This document shows, piece after piece, positions 31,031 to 39,998 of a DNA stretch of 64,000 bases (position 1 is its first letter; each line of letters begins with the position of its first letter). The stretch is taken from assembly GCA_964453335.1 (NCBI GenBank), contig CAYVOK010000009.1:15099-79098 (forward strand), read 5' to 3'. The stretch is from an uncultured Acidimicrobiaceae bacterium (GTDB lineage Bacteria; Actinomycetota; Acidimicrobiia; Acidimicrobiales; CAIXPF01). The notes beneath the pieces are model-generated. The model saw nothing but the letters and a program-made list of their open reading frames with translations, ran no database searches and was not told the origin of the DNA. The position numbers were made by a program, and so were the translations under genes.

Positions 31031-32143
31031 GTGCGTGATTTCTCCTCCGACCTGAACGCCCTGCGGGCTCGTCTCGCGGAGGCGGAGCGCTACCTCGCGA
31101 TCGACGAGCTGCGGGCCCGCCGCCCCCAGCTCGAGACCGAGATGGCCCGGCCCGACCTGTGGGACGACGCCGAACGGGCCCGCAAGGTGCAGACCGAACT
31201 CGCCGCCGTCGCGGGCGACCTCGACCTGTTCGCGTCGCTCGACCGTGCCGTCGAGGACGCGACGGTCCTGCACGAGCTCGGCGTCGAGGAGGGTGACGAC
31301 TCCGTCGAGGCGGAGCTCGAGGCGATCGTCGCCCGGCTCGGCGCACAGCTCGACGAGCTCGAACGCCGTTCGCTGTTCACGGAGCCCTACGACACCCACG
31401 ACGCGGTGTGCGAGATCCACTCCGGAGCCGGTGGCACCGACGCCCAGGACTGGGCGGAGATGCTGTTGCGCATGTACCGCCGGTGGGCGGAGGAGCACGG
31501 GTTCACGGTCGAACTCGACGCGGTGACCTACGGTCAGGAGGCGGGGATCCTCTCGGCGGACTTCATCGTGCGGGGCCGGTACGCGTTCGGGATGCTGCGC
31601 GCCGAGCGGGGCACGCACCGTCTCGTGCGGATCTCACCGTTCGACAACAACGCACGCCGCCAGACGGCGTTCGCCGGCCTGACGGTCGTGCCGTTCATCG
31701 AGGACGACGGCGAGGTCGAGATCATCGAGAAGGACCTGCGGATCGACGTGTACCGCTCCCAGGGTGCGGGTGGCCAGCACGTCAACACCACCGACTCGGC
31801 GGTGCGGATCACCCACATGCCGTCCGGCATCGTCGTGAGCTGCCAGGTGGAGCGCTCCCAGATCCAGAACCGTGAGCGGGCGATGCAGATGCTGCGGGCC
31901 AAGCTCGCCGACCGTGCCCGGCAGGAACGCGACGAGGAGCTGAACCGGCTCGCCGGTGAGAAGAAGAAGGTGGAGTGGGGGAGCCAGATCCGCTCCTACG
32001 TGCTGCAGCCGTACCAGATGGTGAAGGACGAGCGCACCGGCCACCAGACCTCGAGCGTCGAGGCCGTCCTCGACGGTGACGTGCAGGACTTCATCGACGC
32101 GTACCTGCAGTGGCAGCGCGCGGAGTCGGCGACGAGCGCCTGA
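31031..32143 (+). CDS. prfB: peptide chain release factor 2 (single uninterrupted frame)
   Basis: 'SPF' tripeptide in 'LVRISPFD' and 'GGQ' in 'SQGAGGQHVNTTDSAVRITHMPSG'. GTG start. I see no programmed +1 frameshift site. Confidence 0.96.
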   Translation: MRDFSSDLNALRARLAEAERYLAIDELRARRPQLETEMARPDLWDDAERARKVQTELAAVAGDLDLFASLDRAVEDATVLHELGVEEGDDSVEAELEAIVARLGAQLDELERRSLFTEPYDTHDAVCEIHSGAGGTDAQDWAEMLLRMYRRWAEEHGFTVELDAVTYGQEAGILSADFIVRGRYAFGMLRAERGTHRLVRISPFDNNARRQTAFAGLTVVPFIEDDGEVEIIEKDLRIDVYRSQGAGGQHVNTTDSAVRITHMPSGIVVSCQVERSQIQNRERAMQMLRAKLADRARQERDEELNRLAGEKKKVEWGSQIRSYVLQPYQMVKDERTGHQTSSVEAVLDGDVQDFIDAYLQWQRAESATSA

Positions 32144-32201
32144 GCGTGCCGGGGTCGCACCGATCCCGGGGTCGGCGTGGGTATCCTCGGAAGGTCCGTC
32201 G

Positions 32202-32222
32202 GACAGCCCCCACCGGGCTGTC
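32202..32222 (+). terminator. 8-bp GC hairpin between prfB and ftsE (possible factor-independent terminator or RNA processing site)
   Basis: gacagccc-ccacc-gggctgtc. There is no U-tract, which is common in high-GC actinobacteria, so the assignment is weak. Confidence 0.3.
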
Positions 32223-32241
32223 ACGGGCCTGAACCCCCACC

Positions 32242-32919
32242 ATGATCAAGCTCGACAACGTCTCGAAGATCTACAAGGGCGAGGTTCATGCCCTGCGGAA
32301 CGCGAACGTCAACATCGACAAGGGCGAGTTCGTGTTCCTCGTCGGCACGTCCGGATCGGGCAAGTCGACGTTCATCCGGTTGCTGAACAAGGCCGAGGAG
32401 CCGACCGAGGGCCGGATCTTCGTCGCCGGCAAGGACATCGCCCGTCTCAACAGCTGGAAGGTCCCGTACCTGCGCCGCAACATCGGCTGCGTCTTCCAGG
32501 ACTTCAAGCTGCTGCCGAACAAGACGGTCACGGAGAACGTGGCCTTCGCGCTCGAGGTGATCGGTCGTCCGGCCCACGTGATCCGGTCGCAGGTCCCTGC
32601 GATCCTCGACCTCGTCGGTCTCACGGCGAAGGCGCAGAACTTCCCGGACGAGCTGTCCGGTGGTGAGCAGCAGCGGGTGTCGATCGCCCGGGCGTTCGTG
32701 AACCGTCCGCTGATCCTGCTCGCCGACGAGCCGACCGGGAACCTCGACCCGGGCACGGCCGTCGGCATCATGCGACTGCTCGACCGCATCAACCGGACCG
32801 GTACCACGGTCGTCATGGCCACCCACGACCGCGGCATCGTCGACACGATGCGCCGCCGGGTCATCGAGCTCGAGAAGGGCAACATCGTCCGTGACCAGTC
32901 GCGTGGCGTCTACGAGTAG
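32242..32919 (+). CDS. ftsE: cell-division ATP-binding protein FtsE
   Basis: 'GTSGSGKST', '[14 protein letters not shown]' and '[11 protein letters not shown]' are present. It is followed by ftsX. Confidence 0.95.
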   Translation: MIKLDNVSKIYKGEVHALRNANVNIDKGEFVFLVGTSGSGKSTFIRLLNKAEEPTEGRIFVAGKDIARLNSWKVPYLRRNIGCVFQDFKLLPNKTVTENVAFALEVIGRPAHVIRSQVPAILDLVGLTAKAQNFPDELSGGEQQRVSIARAFVNRPLILLADEPTGNLDPGTAVGIMRLLDRINRTGTTVVMATHDRGIVDTMRRRVIELEKGNIVRDQSRGVYE

Positions 32920-32946
32920 CCGCACCCGGTCGCTGGAGGAGTTCTG

Positions 32947-33843
32947 ATGTCGATCAACATCGGTTACGTCACCCGGGAGACCGGGTCGAACCTGCGCAGG
33001 AACCTGAGCCTCACGCTCGCGTCGATGCTCACGGTCGCCGTGTCGCTGTCGCTGTTCGGCGCGGCCGTCCTCATCGCGCAGGGCGTCGGCAACATGACCG
33101 CCCGCTGGCAGGGTGGCATCGAGTTCATCGTGTTCATGAACCCGAACGCCACGCAGGAGCAGCTGAACGGCGTGCGCACGGCGCTCGACGCGAACCCCGA
33201 GGTCGCCTCGGTCGACTACGTCGACAAGGAGGCCGCCTACGAGGAGTTCAAGGAGTTGTTCTCGCGCTCGAAGGAGATGGTCGAGGCGGTCGACGCCGAG
33301 GCGATGCCGCCGAGCTTCCGGGTCGCCCCCCGCACCACCGATGCCGATCTGATCCAGGCCCTCGGCCAGGAGTACGAGAACCGTGCCGGGGTACGAGAGG
33401 TCGTGTTCGCGTTCGAGACGGTCCGCACGATGCAGAACGTGACGACGTGGATCACCCGGCTCATCATCTTCATCGGCACGGCGTTGCTCGTCGCGGCGGT
33501 GATGCTGATCCTCAACACGATCCGGATGGCGATGTTCGCCCGCCGGCGTGAGATCGAGGTGATGAAGCTCGTCGGCGCCACGAACTGGTTCATCCGGGTG
33601 CCGTTCATGATCGAAGGGCTCATCCAGGGCGTCATCGGTGCGCTCGTCGCGATGGGTGTCGTGCAGGGCCTGAACGTGGCGTTCGACCGGGGGTTGAACG
33701 ACAACGAACGGCTGCGGATCTTCGAGGGTTTCGTCGTGCGTGCGTCGCAGCTCGGGGTGACGATGGCGGCGCTGCTCGCGCTGGGCTGCCTGATCGGTGC
33801 CATCGGGTCGGGCATCGCGGTGAGCCGCTACCTCGACGTCTGA
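32947..33843 (+). CDS. ftsX: cell-division permease-like protein FtsX
   Basis: 'GYVTRETGSNLRRN', a periplasmic domain, then three C-terminal TM helices with 'REIEVMKLVGATNWFIRVPF'. Confidence 0.95.
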   Translation: MSINIGYVTRETGSNLRRNLSLTLASMLTVAVSLSLFGAAVLIAQGVGNMTARWQGGIEFIVFMNPNATQEQLNGVRTALDANPEVASVDYVDKEAAYEEFKELFSRSKEMVEAVDAEAMPPSFRVAPRTTDADLIQALGQEYENRAGVREVVFAFETVRTMQNVTTWITRLIIFIGTALLVAAVMLILNTIRMAMFARRREIEVMKLVGATNWFIRVPFMIEGLIQGVIGALVAMGVVQGLNVAFDRGLNDNERLRIFEGFVVRASQLGVTMAALLALGCLIGAIGSGIAVSRYLDV

Positions 33844-33866
33844 GCCGGCACGGTCGCCGGGCTGTC

Positions 33867-35879
33867 GTGGAGGGGTTGTCCGACCTCGCCGACGCCGTCG
33901 GTGTCCTGCGTGGCTACCACGCCACGACCGGGGAGTGGGTCGAGTCGTCGACGGACGACCTGCTCGCGACACTCCGGGCGTACGGCCTCGATGTCGAGGG
34001 CGGTGGGAGCTGCGCCGTGCTGGCGGCGGAGGTCCGTGCCCGTGCGGCGCAGCGGCCGCTCGCACCGGTCCTCGTCGCGTGGGACGGTCGCCTCGACGGT
34101 GTGCGGGCGGGTGGTGACGCGTCGACGCTCGACGCCCCGGGTCGGCTCGACCTCGAGGGCGGTGGCGCGGTCACCGTCGAGGTGCGGGCCGGGGTGGTGC
34201 GGGTCCCCGGTCGTGTCCCGTTCGGGGTGCACACCCTCGCGGTCGGTGCCGACGTCGCGTCGGTGATCGCCGCGCCGCGGGTGGCGTGGCGTCCCGCGGC
34301 GGGGGAGGAACGTCGCTGGGGTGTGTTCGTCCCGACGTACGCGCTGCGGACGACACGCAGCCGTGGCATCGGCGACCTCGCCGATCTCGGCGCCACGTTC
34401 GACTGGCTCGACGGCCACGGCGGGCAGGTCGTGATGACCCTCCCGCTGCTCGCGTCGTTCCTCGACCCGCCGGCGGAGGTGTCGCCCTACACGCCGGTGT
34501 CGCGCCGGTTCTGGAACGAGCTGTACCTGCCGGTCGACGACCCGTCGGGCGGTGGTCCGCCCGACGACGACCTCCTCGTCGACCCCGCAGCGGTGTGGGC
34601 ATGGCGTCGGCCCGTGCTCGCCGCTCGGGCCGAGGCGTTCTTCGCGGCCGGTGGTTCCGCCGACCTCGACGCATGGGAGGCGGCGAACCCGCTGTCCGGC
34701 GAGTACGCCCGGTTCCGGGCGGCCGGGGCCCGGCACGGTCGGGACTGGCGGCGCTGGGGTGCGCGCCTGCCCGACGACGTCGATCCGGCCGAGGTGCGCT
34801 TCCACCGGTACGTGCAGTGGCGGACCGACGTCGCTCTCGCCGAGCTCGCCGCCCGGGTCCGACCCCGGGGTCAGGTCCTGGCGCTCGACCTGCCGCTCGG
34901 CAGCCACCCCGACGGGTTCGACGTGTGGCGGGAACGTCATCTCTTCGTCCCCGGGATGTCGGCCGGTGCGCCACCCGACGACTTCTTCCCCCTCGGGCAG
35001 GACTGGGGCTTCCCGCCCGTGCACCCGGAGCGGTCACGGGAGGAGGGTCACCGTTACTGGCGGGCATGCATCCGCCACCACCTGCGCCACGCAGGTCTGC
35101 TGCGGATCGACCACGTACTCGGTCTCGCCCGCACGTTCTGGGTCCCGCACGGTGTCGACCCGCGCCGGGGCGTGTACGTGCGGGGACCGATCGAGGAACT
35201 GCTCGCCGTGGTGTGTCTCGAGGCCGCCCGTGTCGGTGCGGCGGTGGTCGGGGAGAACCTCGGCACGGTCCCGCCGGAGGTGACGGTGACGATGGTCGAC
35301 CACGGTCTGCTCGGCTGTTCCGTCGGCCAGTTCGACCTGTGGCGGGTGCCGTCGGAGGGGTACCTGCCTGCGCCGCCGCCGTCGGTGGTCGCCACGATGA
35401 ACACCCACGACACCCCCACGTTCGCCGGGTTCTGGTCGGGTGCGGACATCGCGGACCGGGCCGACCTCGGGCTCATCGACGCGGACCACGCCGCAGCCGA
35501 CGAGGCCCGCCGGGCGGGGTTGCGCACCGCGGTCGGCGGCGCGCTCGGCGTCGACGCCGACGCGTCGACGGCGACGGTGCTCGAGACGGTGACGGCGGCG
35601 GTCGCGGCGTCCGACGCCGCGTTCGTCGTGGTCAACGTCGAGGACGGGTGGGGTGCCCCCGACCCGCAGAACGTGCCGGGGACGACGGTGCAGCGCCCGA
35701 ATTGGCGCCGTCGCGCCGCTGTGCCGCTCGAGGGGTGGGACGCGACCCCGGGGCTCGTCCGTCTCCTCGGTGCGGTGACGCGGTCGAGGCCCCGCCCACC
35801 ACGGGACGGCTGGTACCGTCCCACGGGTTCGCCCGGGACCGCCGGGCGGGTGCAGGGTCAGCACGAGGGGGCGGGATGA
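33867..35879 (+). CDS. malQ: 4-alpha-glucanotransferase (GH77, long actinobacterial form)
   Basis: 'RWGVFVPTYALRT..SRGIGDLADL', 'SPYTPVSRRFWNELYL', 'LRIDHVLGL' and 'VVGENLGTVP' are present. GTG start. Confidence 0.9.
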   Translation: MEGLSDLADAVGVLRGYHATTGEWVESSTDDLLATLRAYGLDVEGGGSCAVLAAEVRARAAQRPLAPVLVAWDGRLDGVRAGGDASTLDAPGRLDLEGGGAVTVEVRAGVVRVPGRVPFGVHTLAVGADVASVIAAPRVAWRPAAGEERRWGVFVPTYALRTTRSRGIGDLADLGATFDWLDGHGGQVVMTLPLLASFLDPPAEVSPYTPVSRRFWNELYLPVDDPSGGGPPDDDLLVDPAAVWAWRRPVLAARAEAFFAAGGSADLDAWEAANPLSGEYARFRAAGARHGRDWRRWGARLPDDVDPAEVRFHRYVQWRTDVALAELAARVRPRGQVLALDLPLGSHPDGFDVWRERHLFVPGMSAGAPPDDFFPLGQDWGFPPVHPERSREEGHRYWRACIRHHLRHAGLLRIDHVLGLARTFWVPHGVDPRRGVYVRGPIEELLAVVCLEAARVGAAVVGENLGTVPPEVTVTMVDHGLLGCSVGQFDLWRVPSEGYLPAPPPSVVATMNTHDTPTFAGFWSGADIADRADLGLIDADHAAADEARRAGLRTAVGGALGVDADASTATVLETVTAAVAASDAAFVVVNVEDGWGAPDPQNVPGTTVQRPNWRRRAAVPLEGWDATPGLVRLLGAVTRSRPRPPRDGWYRPTGSPGTAGRVQGQHEGAG

Positions 35880-36748
35880 GCGAGTCGACGTTCGAGACGA
35901 TCCGGTACGAGGTCGCCGACCGGGTGGCGACGATCACCATGAACCGGCCGGAACGCCTGAACGCGTTCAACGTCCGCATGCAGCAGGAGATGATCGCGGC
36001 GTTCGACCTGATCGACGCCGACGACGACGTGCGGGCCGTGATCGTGACGGGTGCCGGGCGCGGGTTCTGCGCGGGCGCCGACCTCGAGAAGGGTGCGGAC
36101 ACCTTCAACTACGACCGGACGGACGCCACCGCGAAGGTCGGTGGCATCGAACGGGACGGCGGGGGTCTGCTGACGCTGCGCATCTACCAGTGCAACAAGC
36201 CGGTGATCGCTGCGGTGAACGGTGCGGCGGTCGGGATCGGCGCCACGATGCAGCTCCCGATGGACGTGCGGATCGCGTCGACCTCCGCACGGTTCGGGTT
36301 CGTGTTCAGCCGACGCGGGATCGTTCCCGAGGCGTGTTCGACCTGGTTCCTCCCGCGGCTCGTCGGGATCAGCCAGGCGCTCGAATGGGCCTACTCGGGG
36401 CGGGTCTTCTCGGCCGACGAGGCGCTCGCCGGCGGTCTCGTGAGCCGGGTCGTCCCCGACGAGGACCTGCTGCCCACCGCCCGTGCGCTCGCAGCAGAGA
36501 TCGCCGAGAACACCTCGGCGCTGTCCTGCACGCTGATCCGGCACATGATGTGGCGGCTCCTCGGTGCCGACCATCCGATGGAGGCGCACAAGCTCGACAG
36601 CCGTGGCGTGCAGGCGCTCGGCCGTTCGGGTGAGGCGGCCGAGGGTGTGCTCTCGTTCCTCGAGAAGCGTCCCGCGGCGTTCCCCGGGAAGGTCTCGACC
36701 GACCTGCCGGACTACTTCCCGTGGTGGACGGAGCCCGAGTTCTCCTGA
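35876..36748 (+). CDS. enoyl-CoA hydratase/isomerase (crotonase) family protein
   Basis: ATG 35876 overlaps the malQ stop (ATGA). 'ITMNRPERLNAF', 'VIVTGAGRGFCAGADL' and 'PVIAAVNGAAVGIGATM' are present. Confidence 0.9.
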   Translation: MSESTFETIRYEVADRVATITMNRPERLNAFNVRMQQEMIAAFDLIDADDDVRAVIVTGAGRGFCAGADLEKGADTFNYDRTDATAKVGGIERDGGGLLTLRIYQCNKPVIAAVNGAAVGIGATMQLPMDVRIASTSARFGFVFSRRGIVPEACSTWFLPRLVGISQALEWAYSGRVFSADEALAGGLVSRVVPDEDLLPTARALAAEIAENTSALSCTLIRHMMWRLLGADHPMEAHKLDSRGVQALGRSGEAAEGVLSFLEKRPAAFPGKVSTDLPDYFPWWTEPEFS

Positions 36749-37665
36749 GCCCCGTCGGGCTCGAGGTGGGACTCGAGCGCGTCCCAGAGCCGTTCCGCCT
36801 CGTCGTCGAGTCGGTCGACCGCACCCGGTCGCCGGTCGGTCGCGCGTGGCGCCCGGTCGTGCCAGAACGCACCGCTGTGGCGGGCCGCCGACGGTTCGGT
36901 GAGGAGCCACACGAGGTCCGCAGCGGCGTCGCCCGGGGTGCGCAGCAGGGGACGGAGCGGCCCGTGCAACGGGCCGAGCACGTCGGCTGCGACCCGGGTG
37001 TCGACGATCCCCGGGTGGGTGGCGTGCACGGCGACGCCGGCGGGGGCGAGTCGGCGGGCCCACGCCCGGGCGAGGAGCACCTCGGCGCGCTTTGTCGCCG
37101 CGTAGCTCCCCCCGAGCGGTGACCGGGCCAGGTACTGCACCCCGGAGGACACCCACACGACCGTCGAGCCGGCCGACAGTGCGGCGCGCACCGTCGCGGT
37201 GAGCACGTGTGCCCCGACGGCGATCCCCGTCGCCGGGGTGCCCGACCCGTTCGTACCGTGCACCGCTCCGGCGTTGTGCACGAGCCCGGTGATCGGTGCA
37301 CCGTCGAGGAGTGCCTGTCCGAGCGTGCGGGCGGCCGCCGGGTCGGTGAGGTCGGCGGCGAACGCGGTGACGTGCGTGTTCCCGGTGGCGTCACCGACGA
37401 GCAACCGGGCCCGCTCGGTCCGGTCGGGGTCGCGTCCGACGACGGTCACGTCCGCGCCGAGTCGGGCGAGGAGTGTCGCGGTCGCGATGCCGATGCCCCG
37501 GGTCCCGCCGGTCACGACGTAGCGCCGACCGGTGAGGTCGTGGTCCGGATCCGCCGCGTCGACGCCCGCGAGACGGTGGCGCAGCGCGCGACCGACTCGG
37601 GTCCATCCGAGCGGGCCGGACGCCTCGAGGACACGGTCGACGACGCCGTCGGCGGTGAGGCTCAC
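36712..37665 (-). CDS. SDR-family oxidoreductase
   Basis: GTG 37665. 'YVVTGGTRGIGIATA' (TGxxxGIG), 'HNAGA' and 'YAATKRAEV' (YxxxK). The 3' end overlaps the convergent crotonase gene by 37 nt. Confidence 0.85.
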   Translation of the reverse strand: MSLTADGVVDRVLEASGPLGWTRVGRALRHRLAGVDAADPDHDLTGRRYVVTGGTRGIGIATATLLARLGADVTVVGRDPDRTERARLLVGDATGNTHVTAFAADLTDPAAARTLGQALLDGAPITGLVHNAGAVHGTNGSGTPATGIAVGAHVLTATVRAALSAGSTVVWVSSGVQYLARSPLGGSYAATKRAEVLLARAWARRLAPAGVAVHATHPGIVDTRVAADVLGPLHGPLRPLLRTPGDAAADLVWLLTEPSAARHSGAFWHDRAPRATDRRPGAVDRLDDEAERLWDALESHLEPDGAQENSGSVHHGK

Positions 37666-38555
37666 GTCGCCGCCCCTGCCCGGACGGCGTGTGCCGCGGC
37701 ATCCGCAGCGGTGATCGCCGGGGACGGACCCAGCATGCGCTGCATCATGTCGAGCACACCGACCGTCGCCGGGCGCACGACGAGCGCGTCGGCGAGGGGA
37801 CTTGCGGGCAGCAGCAACTCCCGCCGGGCCCACCCGGGGAGCAGGCCGACCGCCGCTGCGGTGACGACCCCGTAGGCGGGTCGCAGCCGTGCGGGCATCG
37901 GCGGGGCGACGAGGAAGCGGACCGCCTCCCGTGCCTCCGGGGTGGCGTGCAGCTCCGGGCGCACGTCCCGCAGGTAGGTGGCGAGTGCGTCCTCGGTGCG
38001 GGGCGGGTCGATCACCCCGAGTCGTTCGCCGACGAGGGCCATGTCGGCCACGTACCGGTCGCCGTCGGAACGGTCGTAGGAGCCGGTGCCGTAGCGCCGG
38101 GCGGCGGCGAGGAAGCTGTCGACCTCGGTGGCGTGCACCCAGGCGAGCAGGTCCGGGTCGTTCGCCCGGTACGGCAACCCGTTCGGTGCGACACCGGTGA
38201 CCCGGTCGTGCACCCGGCGGATCCGTTCGATCGTCGCCTCCGCAGCGCTCGTCGTCCCGTAGGTGGTGAGTGCGAGGAACGCAGCCGTGCGATGGAGGCG
38301 TCCCCACGGGTCGGTCCGGTAGGCCGAGTGTTCCGACACGGCCGCCATGGCGACGGGGTGCAGGGTCTGCAGGAGCAGGGCCCGGAGCCCGCCGACGACG
38401 CCGCTGCGTTCGGCGTGGAGCCGCCACACGACGTCGTCGGGGCCGAACAGGCCCGGGTCGTCGTCGGTCCGGGCGAAGGACGCCTCCGGCAGGGGCGGGG
38501 GCGTGAGCAGGGCGCGCGCCTCCGCTTCGACGGCGGAGGACCAGGGGTTGCCCAT
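37662..38555 (-). CDS. DUF2236 / MpaB-family oxygenase-like protein
   Basis: ATG 38555. 'VVWRLHAERSGVVGGLRALLLQTLHP' and 'RVHDRVTG' follow the pattern I associate with the ER-bound oxygenase MpaB/DUF2236 family. GTGA overlap with the SDR gene. Confidence 0.7.
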   Translation of the reverse strand: MGNPWSSAVEAEARALLTPPPLPEASFARTDDDPGLFGPDDVVWRLHAERSGVVGGLRALLLQTLHPVAMAAVSEHSAYRTDPWGRLHRTAAFLALTTYGTTSAAEATIERIRRVHDRVTGVAPNGLPYRANDPDLLAWVHATEVDSFLAAARRYGTGSYDRSDGDRYVADMALVGERLGVIDPPRTEDALATYLRDVRPELHATPEAREAVRFLVAPPMPARLRPAYGVVTAAAVGLLPGWARRELLLPASPLADALVVRPATVGVLDMMQRMLGPSPAITAADAAAHAVRAGAAT

Positions 38556-38583
38556 GCGGGCGAGGCTACGGAGGGTGCCGCTG

Positions 38584-39969
38584 CTAGGACGAGGCGGGGC
38601 GGGCGCGCACGCCACGCCGGTGGACCGCACCGGGGTGGCGGTCGGGGAGCCGTGGGGTGCCGAACAGCTTCTCGCGCAGCGGTCCGGGTCGGTAGCCGTC
38701 CTCGAGGAGGCCGCGTTCCCGCAGCACGGGCACGACCCCGTCGATGATGTCGACGAAGGTCCCCGGTGTCGTCGAGTACACGAGGTTGAAGCCGTCGATG
38801 CCGGCCTCCCCCCAGTCGGCGAGCGCGTCGGCGACCTGTTCGGGGGTGCCGGTGAGGAACTGGCCGGCCATGTTGGCCCGCATCAGGTCCCGGAAGGTCC
38901 GGGTGCCCTCCGGGGCGTTCTCGAGGAGGCCGCGCACGACGCCTTGCATCGCCTGACCCCGGAACGACTCGAGGGGGGCGTCCGGGTCGTACGCGCCGAG
39001 GTCGACGCCGAGCGCCCCGCTCAGGTGGGCGAGCGCCCCGTCGGTGGAGAGCTGCTCGAGGTAGGTGGCCTCCTTCGCCCGTGCCTCCGCCTCGGTGCCG
39101 CCGACGATGATCGACAACCCCTGGAAGAACGCGATGTCGTCGGGGTCCCGCCCGTACGCCGCGGCGCGCCGCCGGATGTCCGGCACGGGCCCGGTGCCCG
39201 CGGCGAGGGCGGTCCGGGAGGTGATGACGAACACGCCCTCGGCGTGGCGCGCGGCGAACTCGCGTCCCCGGTCCGACGACCCGGCCTGGAACAGCAGCGG
39301 GGTGCGCTGCGGCGACGGTTCGCACAGATGCGGTCCGGCGACCCGGAAGTGCGGGCCGACGTGGTCGATGCGGTGCACCTTGGCAGGGTCGGCGTAGATC
39401 CGGCGGCTGCGGTCGGCGAGGACCGCGTCGTCCTCCCAGCTGCCCTCCCACAGCTTGTAGCCGACCTCGAGGTACTCGTCCGCGTAGTCGTATCGGCCGT
39501 CGTGGTCGGGCAGGTCGTCGAGGCCGAGGTTCTCCATCGCGTTCGGCAGGTACGTGGTGACGATGTTCCAGCCGACTCGTCCGCCGGTGAGGTGGTCGAG
39601 GGTGGAGCACTGTCGGGCGAAGGTGAAGGGGTGCGCCTGGTACACCGACGACGTGAACGCGAAGCCGAGGTTCTCGGTCACCGACGCCATCGCGGGGATG
39701 AGCAGCATCGGGTCGTTCGCCGGCACCTGCATGCCTTCGCGGATCGACGTCTCGCCGCCGCCCCGGTAGGTGTCGTAGAGCCCCATCACGTCGGCGAGGA
39801 ACAACGTGTCGAAGCCGCCCCGTTCGAGCAGGCGTGCGAGCTCGAGCCAGGGTGCGAGGCCGGCGTACTCGAGCTGGCGCGTGTCGTCACGCACCCACAG
39901 CCCCTGTTGGATGTGGGAGACGCAGTTCATCGAGAACGCGTTGAGGATCAGTCGCTTCGGCCTGCGCAT
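38584..39969 (-). CDS. FMN-dependent LLM-class monooxygenase (NtaA/SnaA/DszA type)
   Basis: 461 aa: 'LILNAFSMNCVSHIQQGLW', 'GRVGWNIVTT' and 'AGSSDRGREFAARHAEGVF'. Confidence 0.88.
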   Translation of the reverse strand: MRRPKRLILNAFSMNCVSHIQQGLWVRDDTRQLEYAGLAPWLELARLLERGGFDTLFLADVMGLYDTYRGGGETSIREGMQVPANDPMLLIPAMASVTENLGFAFTSSVYQAHPFTFARQCSTLDHLTGGRVGWNIVTTYLPNAMENLGLDDLPDHDGRYDYADEYLEVGYKLWEGSWEDDAVLADRSRRIYADPAKVHRIDHVGPHFRVAGPHLCEPSPQRTPLLFQAGSSDRGREFAARHAEGVFVITSRTALAAGTGPVPDIRRRAAAYGRDPDDIAFFQGLSIIVGGTEAEARAKEATYLEQLSTDGALAHLSGALGVDLGAYDPDAPLESFRGQAMQGVVRGLLENAPEGTRTFRDLMRANMAGQFLTGTPEQVADALADWGEAGIDGFNLVYSTTPGTFVDIIDGVVPVLRERGLLEDGYRPGPLREKLFGTPRLPDRHPGAVHRRGVRARPASS

Positions 39970-39998
39970 CGTCGTCCCCCGGTTCCCGGTCCGCCCGT

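Noticed and set aside
26843-31618. 1591-aa minus-strand ORF spanning comF-hpf-secA-prfB.
   Set aside because: It is an antisense shadow of unmistakable housekeeping genes (SecA and RF2 motifs on the + strand). The translated sequence is low-complexity Arg/Gly/Asp/Val with no domain pattern.
31031-32143. Looked for the programmed +1 frameshift (CUU UGA C) typical of prfB.
   Set aside because: The ORF is continuous from the GTG start through SPF and GGQ. There is no in-frame UGA near codon 25. My understanding is that absence of the frameshift is normal in actinobacterial prfB, so this is not a pseudogene or an anomaly.
33844-33866. Expected smpB/tmRNA downstream of ftsX.
   Set aside because: The gap is only 23 nt before malQ, so there is no room for an RNA gene. 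No tRNA-like or tmRNA-like sequence was seen in any intergenic gap of the window.
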